Source: an uncultured cyanobacterium
GTDB taxonomy: Bacteria; Cyanobacteriota; Cyanobacteriia; PCC-9006; JAAUQQ01
Assembly: GCA_963718615.1 (NCBI GenBank)
Contig: OY970368.1
Coordinates: 4,960,001-5,024,000 of the forward strand
Reading direction: 5' to 3'
Length of the DNA: 64,000 bases
This document shows positions 52,781 to 62,600 of this stretch, piece by piece. The translations under genes were made by a program, and so were the position numbers. Positions within the stretch are counted from its first letter, which is position 1, and each line of letters starts with the position of its first letter. The notes under the pieces are model-generated. The model was not told the origin of the DNA and did no database searches. It saw nothing but the letters and a program-made list of their open reading frames with translations.

Positions 52781-53644
52781 TCAGCGACTGCTCTCAGCTG
52801 CACCGTCAAAGTAAATCTCATCCGGTGTTTTGTAATCCAACGACTGATGCAATCTCAACTGATTATACCAGCTAAACCATTTCTTCACCTCCTGATTTAA
52901 GTGATTCCCATCCTCAAAACTCTTCAGATAAATCAGCTCGTACTTCAGCGATCGCCACAGCCTTTCAATGAAGATGTTGTCATGACACCTTCCCCGTCCA
53001 TCCATGCTCACCTGGGCTCCGGCTGTTCTCAACCTCTCGGTAAACACCTTCGCCGTGAACTGAGACCCCTGATCTGAATTGAAGATATCAGGACATCCAT
53101 ATTCCTCCAACGCTTCCTCCAATGCATCCAAACAGAACTGCACATCCATCGTGTTCGAGATTCGCCAGCTCAGCACCTTACGGCTGTACCAGTCCATAAT
53201 CGCCACCAGATAGAAATGCCCCTTCAGCACCGGCAGATAGGTGATGTCCGTGCTCCAGACCTGGTTTACCTTATCAATCGCCACACCCCTCAGCAGATAG
53301 GGATATATCTTGTGCTCCGGGTTTGCCACAGTCAGCTTCGGCTTCGGATACAGCGTTTGTAGACCCAGCTTTCGCATCAACCGCTGCACTCGCTTGCGAT
53401 TCACATCATGACCCTCTCTCTTCAACTGAGCCGTCATCCGACGAGAGCCATAGAACGGCATCTCCAGATACAGCTCATCCAAGCGACGCAGCAGTTCTAG
53501 CTCAGAGTCACTCACTGCTTTGGCACGGTAGTACAAGCTCGAACGGCTGATGCCCAGTAGCTGACATTGACGCACCAGGCTCAACTCCTCGTGCTCTCGC
53601 TCTACCAGGGCTTTTCGCTGCTCAACCCCAGTTTGGCTGAGCAC
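52781..53644 (-). CDS. IS3-family transposase OrfB (DDE); probably fused to OrfA by a -1 frameshift at the T6 run (53651-53656)
   Basis: YGSRRM, WSTDITY, FNSDQGSQF, IERLWRSLKYE. Confidence 0.92.
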   Translation of the reverse strand: MLSQTGVEQRKALVEREHEELSLVRQCQLLGISRSSLYYRAKAVSDSELELLRRLDELYLEMPFYGSRRMTAQLKREGHDVNRKRVQRLMRKLGLQTLYPKPKLTVANPEHKIYPYLLRGVAIDKVNQVWSTDITYLPVLKGHFYLVAIMDWYSRKVLSWRISNTMDVQFCLDALEEALEEYGCPDIFNSDQGSQFTAKVFTERLRTAGAQVSMDGRGRCHDNIFIERLWRSLKYELIYLKSFEDGNHLNQEVKKWFSWYNQLRLHQSLDYKTPDEIYFDGAAESSR

Positions 53645-53925
53645 TCCGCTAAAAAATCCCGTTCCACCTTCAGCTTGCCGATTTGCCGATACAGCTCGTT
53701 GATTTCTGCCTGTTTATTCGCTTCCTCCTTTCCTCTATCAGATGTCTGGCCTGAATCAAAGACGCTGCTTGCCCCTTCCAAGAGCTGCCTCTTCCACTGA
53801 TGGATCAGCGTTGGATGCACATTGTGTTGGCTCGCCAGTTCCGGCACCGTCTTTGCCCCTTGCAAGGCTTCCAAGGCGATTCTCGATTTGAACTGGGCGC
53901 TGTACTGTCGGCGTTTCTTGCTCAT
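53602..53925 (-). CDS. IS3-family transposase OrfA (HTH + leucine zipper)
   Basis: RRQYSAQFK..IAL, ELAS.H.VHP..I.QWK, LYRQIGKLKVERDFL. Confidence 0.9.
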   Translation of the reverse strand: MSKKRRQYSAQFKSRIALEALQGAKTVPELASQHNVHPTLIHQWKRQLLEGASSVFDSGQTSDRGKEEANKQAEINELYRQIGKLKVERDFLAECSAKLGLSSEKPW

Positions 53926-54240
53926 CTTCTACTCCTATCATTTTTCGTGGAGTTTCAGAGCTTAACCCCCTGTCCAGTTTTTGGGGTCCACTATAGTGGC
54001 AGGTTATGGGTTTCAAATCGTCAACGGCTATAAAGCTTAATTAATAAAGTGGGTGAGCCATATTTAAGCTCCGAGATAGATGATTTCTGTGTAGTCACAT
54101 CTCTTCGCTAAAATCCTTGCCTATGAGTCATCATTCACTTTTTTTCTGCAACCCAGCAGCTTTATCGTCCATTTTTTTACACGTGCAAACTGAAGCTTAC
54201 AATCAACAACCTTAAGGCACTCTCTAGCGAGAATTGAGCG

Positions 54241-54329
54241 ACATAACGTTGCCCATCACCCGCCGTAAATAACCTTCGAACTACAATAGATGACTTCTTT
54301 GCGGTCGGTGTGCATGGTCGTTGTTAGAC
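54241..54329 (-). other. attC: Integron attC-like recombination site (89 bp)
   Basis: Minus strand: R'' GTCTAAC, left arm CCATGCACACCGACCG, right arm CGGCGGGTGATGG, R' GTTATGT. The left arm carries extra unpaired bases. Lies 58 nt after the hsdM stop. Confidence 0.75.
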
Positions 54330-54387
54330 GGCTTGCAGATGAGGTCTCTCAAGCGGCGAGTTGATGGTTGGACGAGTAATCTGCAAT

Positions 54388-56013
54388 TCATGGCAATAGC
54401 GACAGTCCCAGCTCTTTCAGGAACTCATTGTGCTGTGCCGTTGCCGTTTGAATCGTGCCCTCGATTTCCATCAGCTCGGCATGAATTGCCGTCAAATCAA
54501 TCTCCTCTTCGGGGAGCGCAGTGCTGATATAGCGGGAAATGTTCAGGTTGAAGTCGTTTTTTTCAATCTCCTTCATCTCGACGCGGCGGGAGTAGCGCGG
54601 CTCTTCTTTGCGAAATTGGTAGGTTTCGATGATTTGGGTGATGTGTTCGGGCTTGAGCTGGTTTTGGCGTTTGCCTTTCTCGAACTGTTCGGCGGCGTTG
54701 ATGAAGAGCAGGTCGTCTGGCTTCTTGCAGCGTTTGAGCACGAGAATGCAGACGGGGATGCCGGTGGAGTAGAACAGGTTGGCGGGCAGGCCGATGATGG
54801 TGTCGATGTGGCCGTCTTTGAGCAGTTTGGTGCGGATGCGTTCTTCGGCACCGCCTCGGAAGAGTACGCCGTGGGGCAGGATGATGGCCATGACGCCTTC
54901 GTCTTTGAGGAAGTGGAAGCCGTGTAGGAGGAAGGCGAAGTCGGCGGCGGATTTGGGGGCGAGGCCGTGGTTTTTGAAGCGCACGTCGTCGCCCAGGGCT
55001 GGGGTGGGGGTCCAGCGGTAGCTGAAGGGTGGGTTGGCGACGATCGCATCGAAGGCGGGCTGCTTGGCGGGGTTGAGTTCGCGCAGAATCTCCCAGTCGT
55101 TGGTCAGAGTGTCGCCGTGGTAGATCTCGAACTCGCTGTCTTTGACGCCATGCAGCAGCATGTTCATGCGGGCGAGGTTGTAGGTGGTGATGTTTTTTTC
55201 TTGGCCGTAGATTTTGCCGATGGTGCCGCCTGCGTGCTTGAGGCGTTTGCGCACGTTGAGCAGCAGGGAGCCGGAGCCGCAGGCGAAGTCTAGTACGCTT
55301 TCGAGGCGTTGCTTTGATCCGGTTTTGGGTTCTTGGCTGTCGAGGGTGACGATCGCGGAGAGGATGTCGGAAATCTGTTGTGGGGTGTAGAATTCGCCTG
55401 CTTTTTTGCCGGAACCGGCGGCGAACTGGCCGATCAGGTATTCGTAGGCATTGCCCAGGGCATCAATGTCGGTGGAGAATTCGTTTAGTCCTTCGGCGAT
55501 TTTTTGGATGATGGTGCAGAGTTTGGCGTTGCGATCGGCGTAGGTTTTACCCAGTTTGTCTGAGGCGAGATTGATTTCGGAGAAGAGTCCCTGGAAGGTG
55601 CTTTCAAAGGATTCTTCTTCGATGTATTTGAATCCCGTCTGCAAGGTGTTGAGCAGTTCGTCGTTTTGGGTGCGGGCCAGGTTGGCGATGCTGTTCCAGA
55701 GGTGCGACGGCTGGATGACGTAGTGCGTTTTGCGGCGCATTTGTTTTTCAAATGCGGCGATGTCGTCTGGGTTATTGGCATACCAGAGGGCTAGCGGGAC
55801 TGGGTGGGTGTCGTCGTTGGGGTCGGGATAATCGCGTCCTAGTTCTTTTTTTGCGGCTGTCTCGTAGTTGTCGGAGAGGTAGCGGAGGAAAAGGAAGGAG
55901 AGCATGTAGTCGCGGAAGTCGTCCGCGTTCATGGCTCCGCGCAGTTGATCAGCGATGCCCCAGAGAATACTGCCCAGTTGTTTTTGCTTGGTGTCGTTCA
56001 TGGGGTTGCTCAT
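54388..56013 (-). CDS. hsdM: Type I restriction-modification methyltransferase subunit
   Basis: LWGIADQLRG, GEFYTP, LDFACGSGSLL, ANPPF, PHGVLFRG. Confidence 0.96.
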   Translation of the reverse strand: MSNPMNDTKQKQLGSILWGIADQLRGAMNADDFRDYMLSFLFLRYLSDNYETAAKKELGRDYPDPNDDTHPVPLALWYANNPDDIAAFEKQMRRKTHYVIQPSHLWNSIANLARTQNDELLNTLQTGFKYIEEESFESTFQGLFSEINLASDKLGKTYADRNAKLCTIIQKIAEGLNEFSTDIDALGNAYEYLIGQFAAGSGKKAGEFYTPQQISDILSAIVTLDSQEPKTGSKQRLESVLDFACGSGSLLLNVRKRLKHAGGTIGKIYGQEKNITTYNLARMNMLLHGVKDSEFEIYHGDTLTNDWEILRELNPAKQPAFDAIVANPPFSYRWTPTPALGDDVRFKNHGLAPKSAADFAFLLHGFHFLKDEGVMAIILPHGVLFRGGAEERIRTKLLKDGHIDTIIGLPANLFYSTGIPVCILVLKRCKKPDDLLFINAAEQFEKGKRQNQLKPEHITQIIETYQFRKEEPRYSRRVEMKEIEKNDFNLNISRYISTALPEEEIDLTAIHAELMEIEGTIQTATAQHNEFLKELGLSLLP

Positions 56014-57212
56014 GGGGTTGGGGCGGGTGCTGCGGAAGGCGATGCAGCGGGTGCAGGCGCGGGTGTGGCAGCTGGTGGATTTTCGACTATCTCCGGCAGG
56101 GCGAATTGGAATGTCGTTACAAAGTCTGTAAGTAGGCGTCGGAACAGGTCTTTGTTGTCGTCGCCCATTTCGGTGGGTTCGTGGATGGCGTATTTGCCGT
56201 GGCTCAGGAGGTTGAGCGCGCGGTTGTAGAGCGCTCGATCGTCCTCATTATTTAGGGATTTGAGGCAAAAAGAGATGTCTGGGTGGCCAAAAAAGGCGGC
56301 GGTTTTTTCCATGATGCTCCGCAGGGCGTTGAAATGGAATGTGTAGAGCGTGCCGCTGGTGGCGGCCAGTTGCAGTTCGGCAAGGCTGGCGACGTGATGA
56401 AAGAACGGTGTGTCGTCGGTGGCGCGTAGAGTATAGGCACCGTCGCCATTCGGACGGTGGAGGAAGTAGCGTTTGTGAGTGACCTTTGGCTCCCCTGCTT
56501 TGGGTCTGCCAATCTCGTTGCACATCACGTTGAAGAAAAGGGCGTGGTGTGAGGAGAAGACGATTTTGATGGGTGCGGGATCGCCATTTGGGTCTTGGCG
56601 GCTGGCGGCGCGGCGCAGCAGTTGGGCGAGGTCGCAGGCGACAGCGATCGCGTTGTTGTCATCGAGGGAGGAGATGGGGTCGTCGATGTAGAGGAATTTG
56701 TTCGATTGGTAGGAGATGTGGCCGTCGAGCATGCGCTCGCAGATGGCCATGAAGAGGCACCAGATGAAGATGTTCTGCTCGCCACGGGAGATTTTGATGT
56801 TTTCTGCTTCTCCTTTGCGGAAGGAGACTTTCCATTCGGTGTAGTCGATGTCGAAGTCAAAATCTGCGTAGCGATCGAGGTAACCCGCGATTGTCTCGTC
56901 GAGGGCGAGGTCTTTCAGGCCGTTGAAGAAGGTGGAGTCGGGATTGAGCTGGAGATGGCGGGCAGCGTCTCCATCGAGATCGTTTTCCCAGGTGAACAGG
57001 TCTTCGGTGAAAGCGTTGAAGTAGAGGGTGTCGGCGGTGCCGTTGTTTCGGCGTTTGCCTGCGTCTTTGAACTCCATGGAGAGGCGCGTTTTGCCTGTGC
57101 GGTTGTAGGCGTAGAGGAGGATGAGCTGCGTCGGCTTTGTAGGATTGTTCAAGTCGTCGCGCAGGCGGGTGACTAAGGTGCGCAAGCTCTGATAGGTGCG
57201 AATGTTGCTCAT
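56010..57212 (-). CDS. prrC: PrrC-family anticodon nuclease (ABC ATPase + HEPN RNase)
   Basis: YAYNRTGKTRLS, YFNAFTEDLF, KISRGE, IDDPISSLD, SHH, LRSIMEKTA, RALNLLSH; about 400 aa; inside an hsd operon. Confidence 0.85.
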   Translation of the reverse strand: MSNIRTYQSLRTLVTRLRDDLNNPTKPTQLILLYAYNRTGKTRLSMEFKDAGKRRNNGTADTLYFNAFTEDLFTWENDLDGDAARHLQLNPDSTFFNGLKDLALDETIAGYLDRYADFDFDIDYTEWKVSFRKGEAENIKISRGEQNIFIWCLFMAICERMLDGHISYQSNKFLYIDDPISSLDDNNAIAVACDLAQLLRRAASRQDPNGDPAPIKIVFSSHHALFFNVMCNEIGRPKAGEPKVTHKRYFLHRPNGDGAYTLRATDDTPFFHHVASLAELQLAATSGTLYTFHFNALRSIMEKTAAFFGHPDISFCLKSLNNEDDRALYNRALNLLSHGKYAIHEPTEMGDDNKDLFRRLLTDFVTTFQFALPEIVENPPAATPAPAPAASPSAAPAPTP

Positions 57213-58603
57213 GCTTTAACCTCCTCTGGGGATGGGAAAAGCTGCTGCATCAGGCCGCGCTTGTGGGTTTTGAGGGCTTCGAGCTTTTGGGTGGCGGCGG
57301 CGATCAGGTCGTCTAGGGTGGTGAGGCAGGTGGCGATGCGTTGTTGTTCGATGACATCTTTTGGCAACTGCACCCTCAACTTCGCTTGCTCAGTAATCCC
57401 AATGTAGGCTCTGGTTCCTCCTCCCGATACTTCCAGAAGGTTTGACTGAAAAGTCTCGGAGACGAATAGCTGAGCCAGGAACTCACTCGAAAGCTTCTTC
57501 GGGTTTTTCACGCGGTAATAAGTTACTTGGGGAGTCAGCATCAGATAGGGCGTATTGATTTTCCTCACGACGGCCACTTCGCCAACGGTTCCTTTGTGCG
57601 AAAGAAGGACGTCACCTTCCCTTGCGAATCCTTTTTGCAATGTGTCAGCTAGCTCTCTGCTAATGAAATGGCAATGGTCGATGTCGATCAGCCCTCCATT
57701 AAGGTCACTCGCCATAATGAACGGAATCCCTTTGGGGACGTAATCCGACGACTTTGGATGAATATTTCCATGATTTCCATCTTTCGGCGGGAACAAGCAG
57801 TTTGCTTCGACTAGTCCCCCGACGGAACTGAGAACCCACTCCCCCTTCCCACGAAACTCTGGAAACCGCAGGCGGGGTTGGGTTTCGCCTTCGCGGGGGA
57901 AAAGCTGCTGCATCAGCCCTTTTTTATGGGTCTTGAGCGCGTCCAGTTTGCGGGCTTGGGCGGCGATCGCCTCATCCACCGAACTCAGGCACTCCGCGAT
58001 TTTTTGTTGTTCGGGGAAGATTGCTGGAAGGGGAATGATGAACGACCTGATTTGCTCAAAATTTAGCCCTTGCCGATTGCCGCCAGCTTGAAAACTGTCA
58101 ATCTGTTTCTGCCCATCGTGGGAAATGAGATATTGATTCAGGAAATAGGGGCTCAGTTCGTCAGGTTTGGCGCGAATAATGCAAACGTGCTGATTGACAT
58201 TGCCTCCCTCAATTTTTAAATTAGCCACCGCGCTTCTTCCAATTGAAGCGCCAGTAATATTGAGAAGAACATCAAAAGCTTCGATTTGAGTTGATCGAAA
58301 TGAGTTGTGCGTTTCTTCGTCGATGAAGGCCACATCGTCCAAAAGCAATTCTCCCCAACCAATATTCTGACTGCGAACGAAAGGGCGACCCGAAGATTTG
58401 TAATTCTTTTCGCCGCCTGTTGGAGTGATTCCGCTTCCAACCTTTATGGTTTTTGAACCAAGCTTTTCCCCTGCCCACCCCTCCGCTTCCCGAAACTCCG
58501 GAAACCGCAGGCGGGGAATCAAGCATTGAGAATTTTGAACAGAGAAAGACTCATCCTGCCTCCCTTTCTCACTGCTCACTTCCAACTTCTCCCTTTTTTT
58601 CAT
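57209..58603 (-). CDS. hsdS: Type I restriction-modification specificity subunit
   Basis: Two TRDs; duplicated PRLRFPEF and EQQ.IA..L..LD..I...KGLMQQLFP regions. Confidence 0.95.
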   Translation of the reverse strand: MKKREKLEVSSEKGRQDESFSVQNSQCLIPRLRFPEFREAEGWAGEKLGSKTIKVGSGITPTGGEKNYKSSGRPFVRSQNIGWGELLLDDVAFIDEETHNSFRSTQIEAFDVLLNITGASIGRSAVANLKIEGGNVNQHVCIIRAKPDELSPYFLNQYLISHDGQKQIDSFQAGGNRQGLNFEQIRSFIIPLPAIFPEQQKIAECLSSVDEAIAAQARKLDALKTHKKGLMQQLFPREGETQPRLRFPEFRGKGEWVLSSVGGLVEANCLFPPKDGNHGNIHPKSSDYVPKGIPFIMASDLNGGLIDIDHCHFISRELADTLQKGFAREGDVLLSHKGTVGEVAVVRKINTPYLMLTPQVTYYRVKNPKKLSSEFLAQLFVSETFQSNLLEVSGGGTRAYIGITEQAKLRVQLPKDVIEQQRIATCLTTLDDLIAAATQKLEALKTHKRGLMQQLFPSPEEVKA

Positions 58604-59694
58604 GGTTCCCCCTCCGTTTCGTCAGCAAAGTCACCGGACAATTCAGCCTCAATTTCCTCAATGGTAGGGAGGACAGTTTGGAGGCGATCGGGAAGGGACT
58701 GCACCAGTTGGTATTCAGCCACACCGATCGGTTTGTTGCTATTCCGGAGTGCATACTCCGCTACCACAGAATTTTTACTTTTGCACAAGAGGATGCCGAT
58801 CGTCGGCTGATCGTCGGGATGTTTCACCTGGGCATCCACCGCACTGAGGTAAAAGCCTAGTTGTCCCGTGTGCTCTGGCTTGAAGGAGCCAGCCTTAAGC
58901 TCGACCACGACATAGCAGCGCAGCTTGAGGTGATAAAAGAGGAGATCCATGAAAAACTCGTCACCGCCAACATCCAGCAGCACTTGTCGTCCGACGAAGG
59001 CAAATCCCGCCCCCAGTTCCAGCAAAAACTGAGTAACATGCTTGATTAGAGCGTTTTCGATTTCCCGTTCGTTGGCCTCCTTTCCCAGCACGAGGAAATC
59101 GAAGCGATACGGATCTTTCAGGGATTCACGGGCTAGATCAGACTGGGGAGTGGGCAAAGTCCGACTAAAATTGGTGACGGCTGCACCGCTACGATCGCGC
59201 AGGCGGGACTCGATGTGCATAACGAGAACGTTCCGCGACCAGCCATGCTCCACGGACTGTGCCGCATACCACAGCCGCTCCTGAGGCGTTTTGAGCTTAT
59301 CCAGCAAAGCGATGTGGTGATACCACGGCAATTGTGCAAGACCCACTTGCACAATTTGGCCCGTTGCGATTTGGTCAGTAACCTGCTGACCCATCATTTG
59401 CCCATCTGGCCAAGCCCTGGCAAAGGCACGCATATATTTGAGATTGCGAGGAGAAAAGCCCTTCATTTCAGGGAACGCCGTGCGGAGATCGTGGGAGAGC
59501 CGATCGATCACCTTCGCGCCCCAGCCCTGTGCTGCCTGCCGATCGAGGATATCCTTACCGATTTCCCAGTAAAGCATCACGAGTTCGTGATTTACTGCCA
59601 TCGTGGCCCGCTGCTGCGCTGCATGGATACGCAGTTTCAAGTCAGCGAGCCATGCTTGGTAATCGGGGGGAATGATGTCGGATTTACGATTCAT
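58600..59694 (-). CDS. YhcG/DUF1016-family PDDEXK nuclease-like protein
   Basis: YWEIG, WGAKVID.LS.DL, FS.RNL.YMR.F, LKDPY.FDFL, DLLFYH..L.CYVVVELK. Confidence 0.92.
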   Translation of the reverse strand: MNRKSDIIPPDYQAWLADLKLRIHAAQQRATMAVNHELVMLYWEIGKDILDRQAAQGWGAKVIDRLSHDLRTAFPEMKGFSPRNLKYMRAFARAWPDGQMMGQQVTDQIATGQIVQVGLAQLPWYHHIALLDKLKTPQERLWYAAQSVEHGWSRNVLVMHIESRLRDRSGAAVTNFSRTLPTPQSDLARESLKDPYRFDFLVLGKEANEREIENALIKHVTQFLLELGAGFAFVGRQVLLDVGGDEFFMDLLFYHLKLRCYVVVELKAGSFKPEHTGQLGFYLSAVDAQVKHPDDQPTIGILLCKSKNSVVAEYALRNSNKPIGVAEYQLVQSLPDRLQTVLPTIEEIEAELSGDFADETEGEP

Positions 59695-62600
59695 ATGCGC
59701 TGAGTCCTGAAATATCGCGGCCAGCGGCCCGTTTAGTCAGCAGCGGCACCAAGTCATCCATCAGCGCCAGCTCAGCCTGAGTGCGTGCCTTCCAGCCCAG
59801 ATCCAGCGGAGCCATCAAGTCGCCAAGCTGCTCGCCATCAAAAATCATCCGCTCCAAAATGCCATCCACAAAAGCTTGCAGCGCCGCCGCAGCAAGGCCG
59901 TGCTTACCCGCGATCGCCGCCAACTCCCGCCCATCCTTCTCCGCCTTAAAACGGGCATAGCCCTCACGGATCGCCGTTTCGCTCAACCCCTCCCCCGCCT
60001 TCAGCGTGGCAATGTAAGCCGCAATATCCTCCCGCTCATCCATAAACTTAGCATCGGCACCGATCAAGCCGATCAGCGCCTCCCGGCTCATCTTCGCCTT
60101 GCCCGAACCTGGAGCCGAGAACTTAGCAATCAGCCCCATGATGTAGTCGTAATCAATCACCGCCGAGGCAAACAGCACAAACTCAAAATCGAGCTGATCC
60201 ACATTGTCTGGCACCGGCTGATCGGCACCCTTGCCCTTACCCTGCTGCGCCTTGAGCCGCTGAGCCGTCTCCAAATACGCCCCCTTAAAGCCCCGATGCC
60301 GCTCCTCTGGCAGCACCTGCTCGATCGCGGCTTTATTGTCCTCGGTGAGGTCGGTGTATTGGTCAAGCTGCGTCTTCAGCCGCTGAACTTCCTTGTATTG
60401 GGCGCAGAAAGCAGCGCGGGCCGCATCACCCTTCAGGTTCGGCACAGCCTCCGGTGCGGTGGTCAGCCCCTGGGATTTCATAAAGCTGTCGAGCTGCTGC
60501 ACAGCCTCCTCCAGTTTTTGGATGACGATGGGAGCCTTATCCACTAGCCAAATTTCCCGCGCCTGCTCACTGGTCTTTTCCCCAGAGAAGAGGGCGATCG
60601 CCGCATCCACAGCCTCCTGCTGCTGGCGAAAGTCGAGGATATTGCCGTAGGGCTTGGTGCCATTGAGCACGCGATTCGTGCGGGAAAACGCCTGGATCAA
60701 ACCGTGGTACTTGAGATTCTTATCCACATAGAGCGTATTCAGGTACTTGGAATCAAAACCCGTGAGCAGCATATCCACCACGATCGTGATGTCGATCTTC
60801 TGCGCCGCAGGGAAGTCGGCATTGGGCCACTGCTGATCCTTGATGCGCTTCTGCACATCCTGATAGTAAAGGTCAAACTCGCTGAGCTTGTGATTGCTAC
60901 CGTAGCGGCTGTTGTAGTCCGCCAGGATGGCCTTGAGCGCGGCTTTTTTACCCTCAGGGTCTTCTTCGTTATCGGCCTTCTCCTGGGGCAGATCTTCCTG
61001 GATCTGGCGCACGTCCTGGTTACCCTCGGCGGGCGGCGAAAACACACAGGCGATATTCAGCGGCCTGAACTCGGTGCCGTCGGCCTGCTTCTCGGCCTGC
61101 TTCTCGGCCTGCATCGTCTTAAACAGGCCGTAGTACTCGATCGCGTCATTAATCGAGGCAGTGGCCAGGATGGCATTGAACCGACGGCCAGCGGTGGCCG
61201 CATCGTGCTTGGCGAGAATGGCCTCGATCACGGCGCGCTTGGCGATCGCTTCACCGGGCTTCGGCAGCTTCTTGCCCTTTTCTTCCTTGGGCTTGAAGTA
61301 GTCCACATGGAAGCGGAGCACGTTCCCGTCTTCGATCGCGTGGGTGATGGTGTAAGCATGGAGCGGCTTCTGGAAGAGATCTTCCGTGGTGCGCATCGAT
61401 GCCTGGGTGCCCTCGATCTGTTTCAGGGTGGCATTGGCCTCAAAGATCGGCGTACCCGTGAACCCAAAGAGCTGAGCCTTGGGAAAAAATGCTTTGATGG
61501 CCTTGTGATTCTCGCCGAACTGCGATCGGTGGCATTCATCAAAGATCAAGACAATGCGTTTGTCCTTCAGCGCCTCAAGCTGATCCTTATAGGTGGCTTG
61601 GCCGCTTTTGCGGCGCTGCTTGTTACGCTTGCTGTTTTCATCCAGCGCCAGGCCCAGCTTCTGGATGGTGGTGACGATCACCTTGTCCGCATAGTCCTCC
61701 GAGAGCAGTCGGCGCACGAGGGCGGCGGTGTTGGTGTTTTCCTCCACGCAGCCCGCTTGGAACTTGTTAAATTCCTCGCGGGTCTGGCGATCGAGATCCT
61801 TTCGATCCACCACGAACAGGCATTTGTGGATATGGTCATTGAGCTTGAGCAGGGTAGAGGCTTTGAAGGACGTCAGCGTCTTACCGCTGCCGGTGGTGTG
61901 CCAGATATAGCCGTTCCCCGCATCGTCCTCAATACACTGCACGATCCGCTGCACAGCATAGACCTGGTAGGGCCGCATGATCATCAGCTTTTGCTCGCTC
62001 TGGATCAGGACCATGTAGCGGCTGAGGGTCTTGCCCAGGGCGCACTTTTGCAAGAAGCGATCGGCGAAGTCGTTCAGGTGGGTGATCTTCTGGTTCGCCT
62101 CGTCCGCGAACTCATAGATGGGCAGGAACCGCTCCTCGGCATTGAAGGCGAAGTGGCGGGTGTTGTTGTTGGCAAAGTAATAGGTGCGATCGCGATTGCT
62201 GACAATAAAAAGCTGGAGAAAACAAAGCAGGGTCTTGGTGTAACCGTTGCCCGCGTCGTTTTTATATTCGACAATCTGCTCCATCGCCCGACGAGGGCTG
62301 ATGCCGAGGGTCTTCAGCTCGATCTGCACAGCGGGCACACCATTGATCAAAATCAGCACATCGTAGCGGTGGTGGCTGTTGTCGGTATTGATGCGCAGTT
62401 GGTTAACGACCTCAAAGGTGTTTTTGCACCAGTCTTTGAGGTTTACTAGGGTGTAGTTGAGTGGGGTGCCATCGTCACGGGTGAAGGCATTGATTTCGCG
62501 CAGGGTCTTAGCAGCGGTGAAAACGTCTGGGCTGACGATTTCGTCGAGCAGGCGGGCAAACTCGGAATCAGTGAGACGGCAACGGTTGAGCGCCTCGAAT

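Larger units (their letters stand above)
52707..53995 (-). mobile_element. IS3-family insertion sequence, 1289 bp, with ~26-bp imperfect terminal IRs and a 3-bp target duplication GTG
   Basis: Ends TGAGGTGGACCCAATCGACTGAACAG and (reverse complement) TATAGTGGACCCCAAAAACTGGACAG; GTG at 52704-52706 and 53996-53998. Confidence 0.92.

Noticed and set aside
54430-57176. Several overlapping short ORFs in alternative frames of hsdM and prrC
   Set aside because: By-products of high GC at third codon positions; no independent coding signal.
60704-62449. 581-aa ORF on the + strand
   Set aside because: Antisense shadow of the GC-rich hsdR gene; no recognisable motifs.
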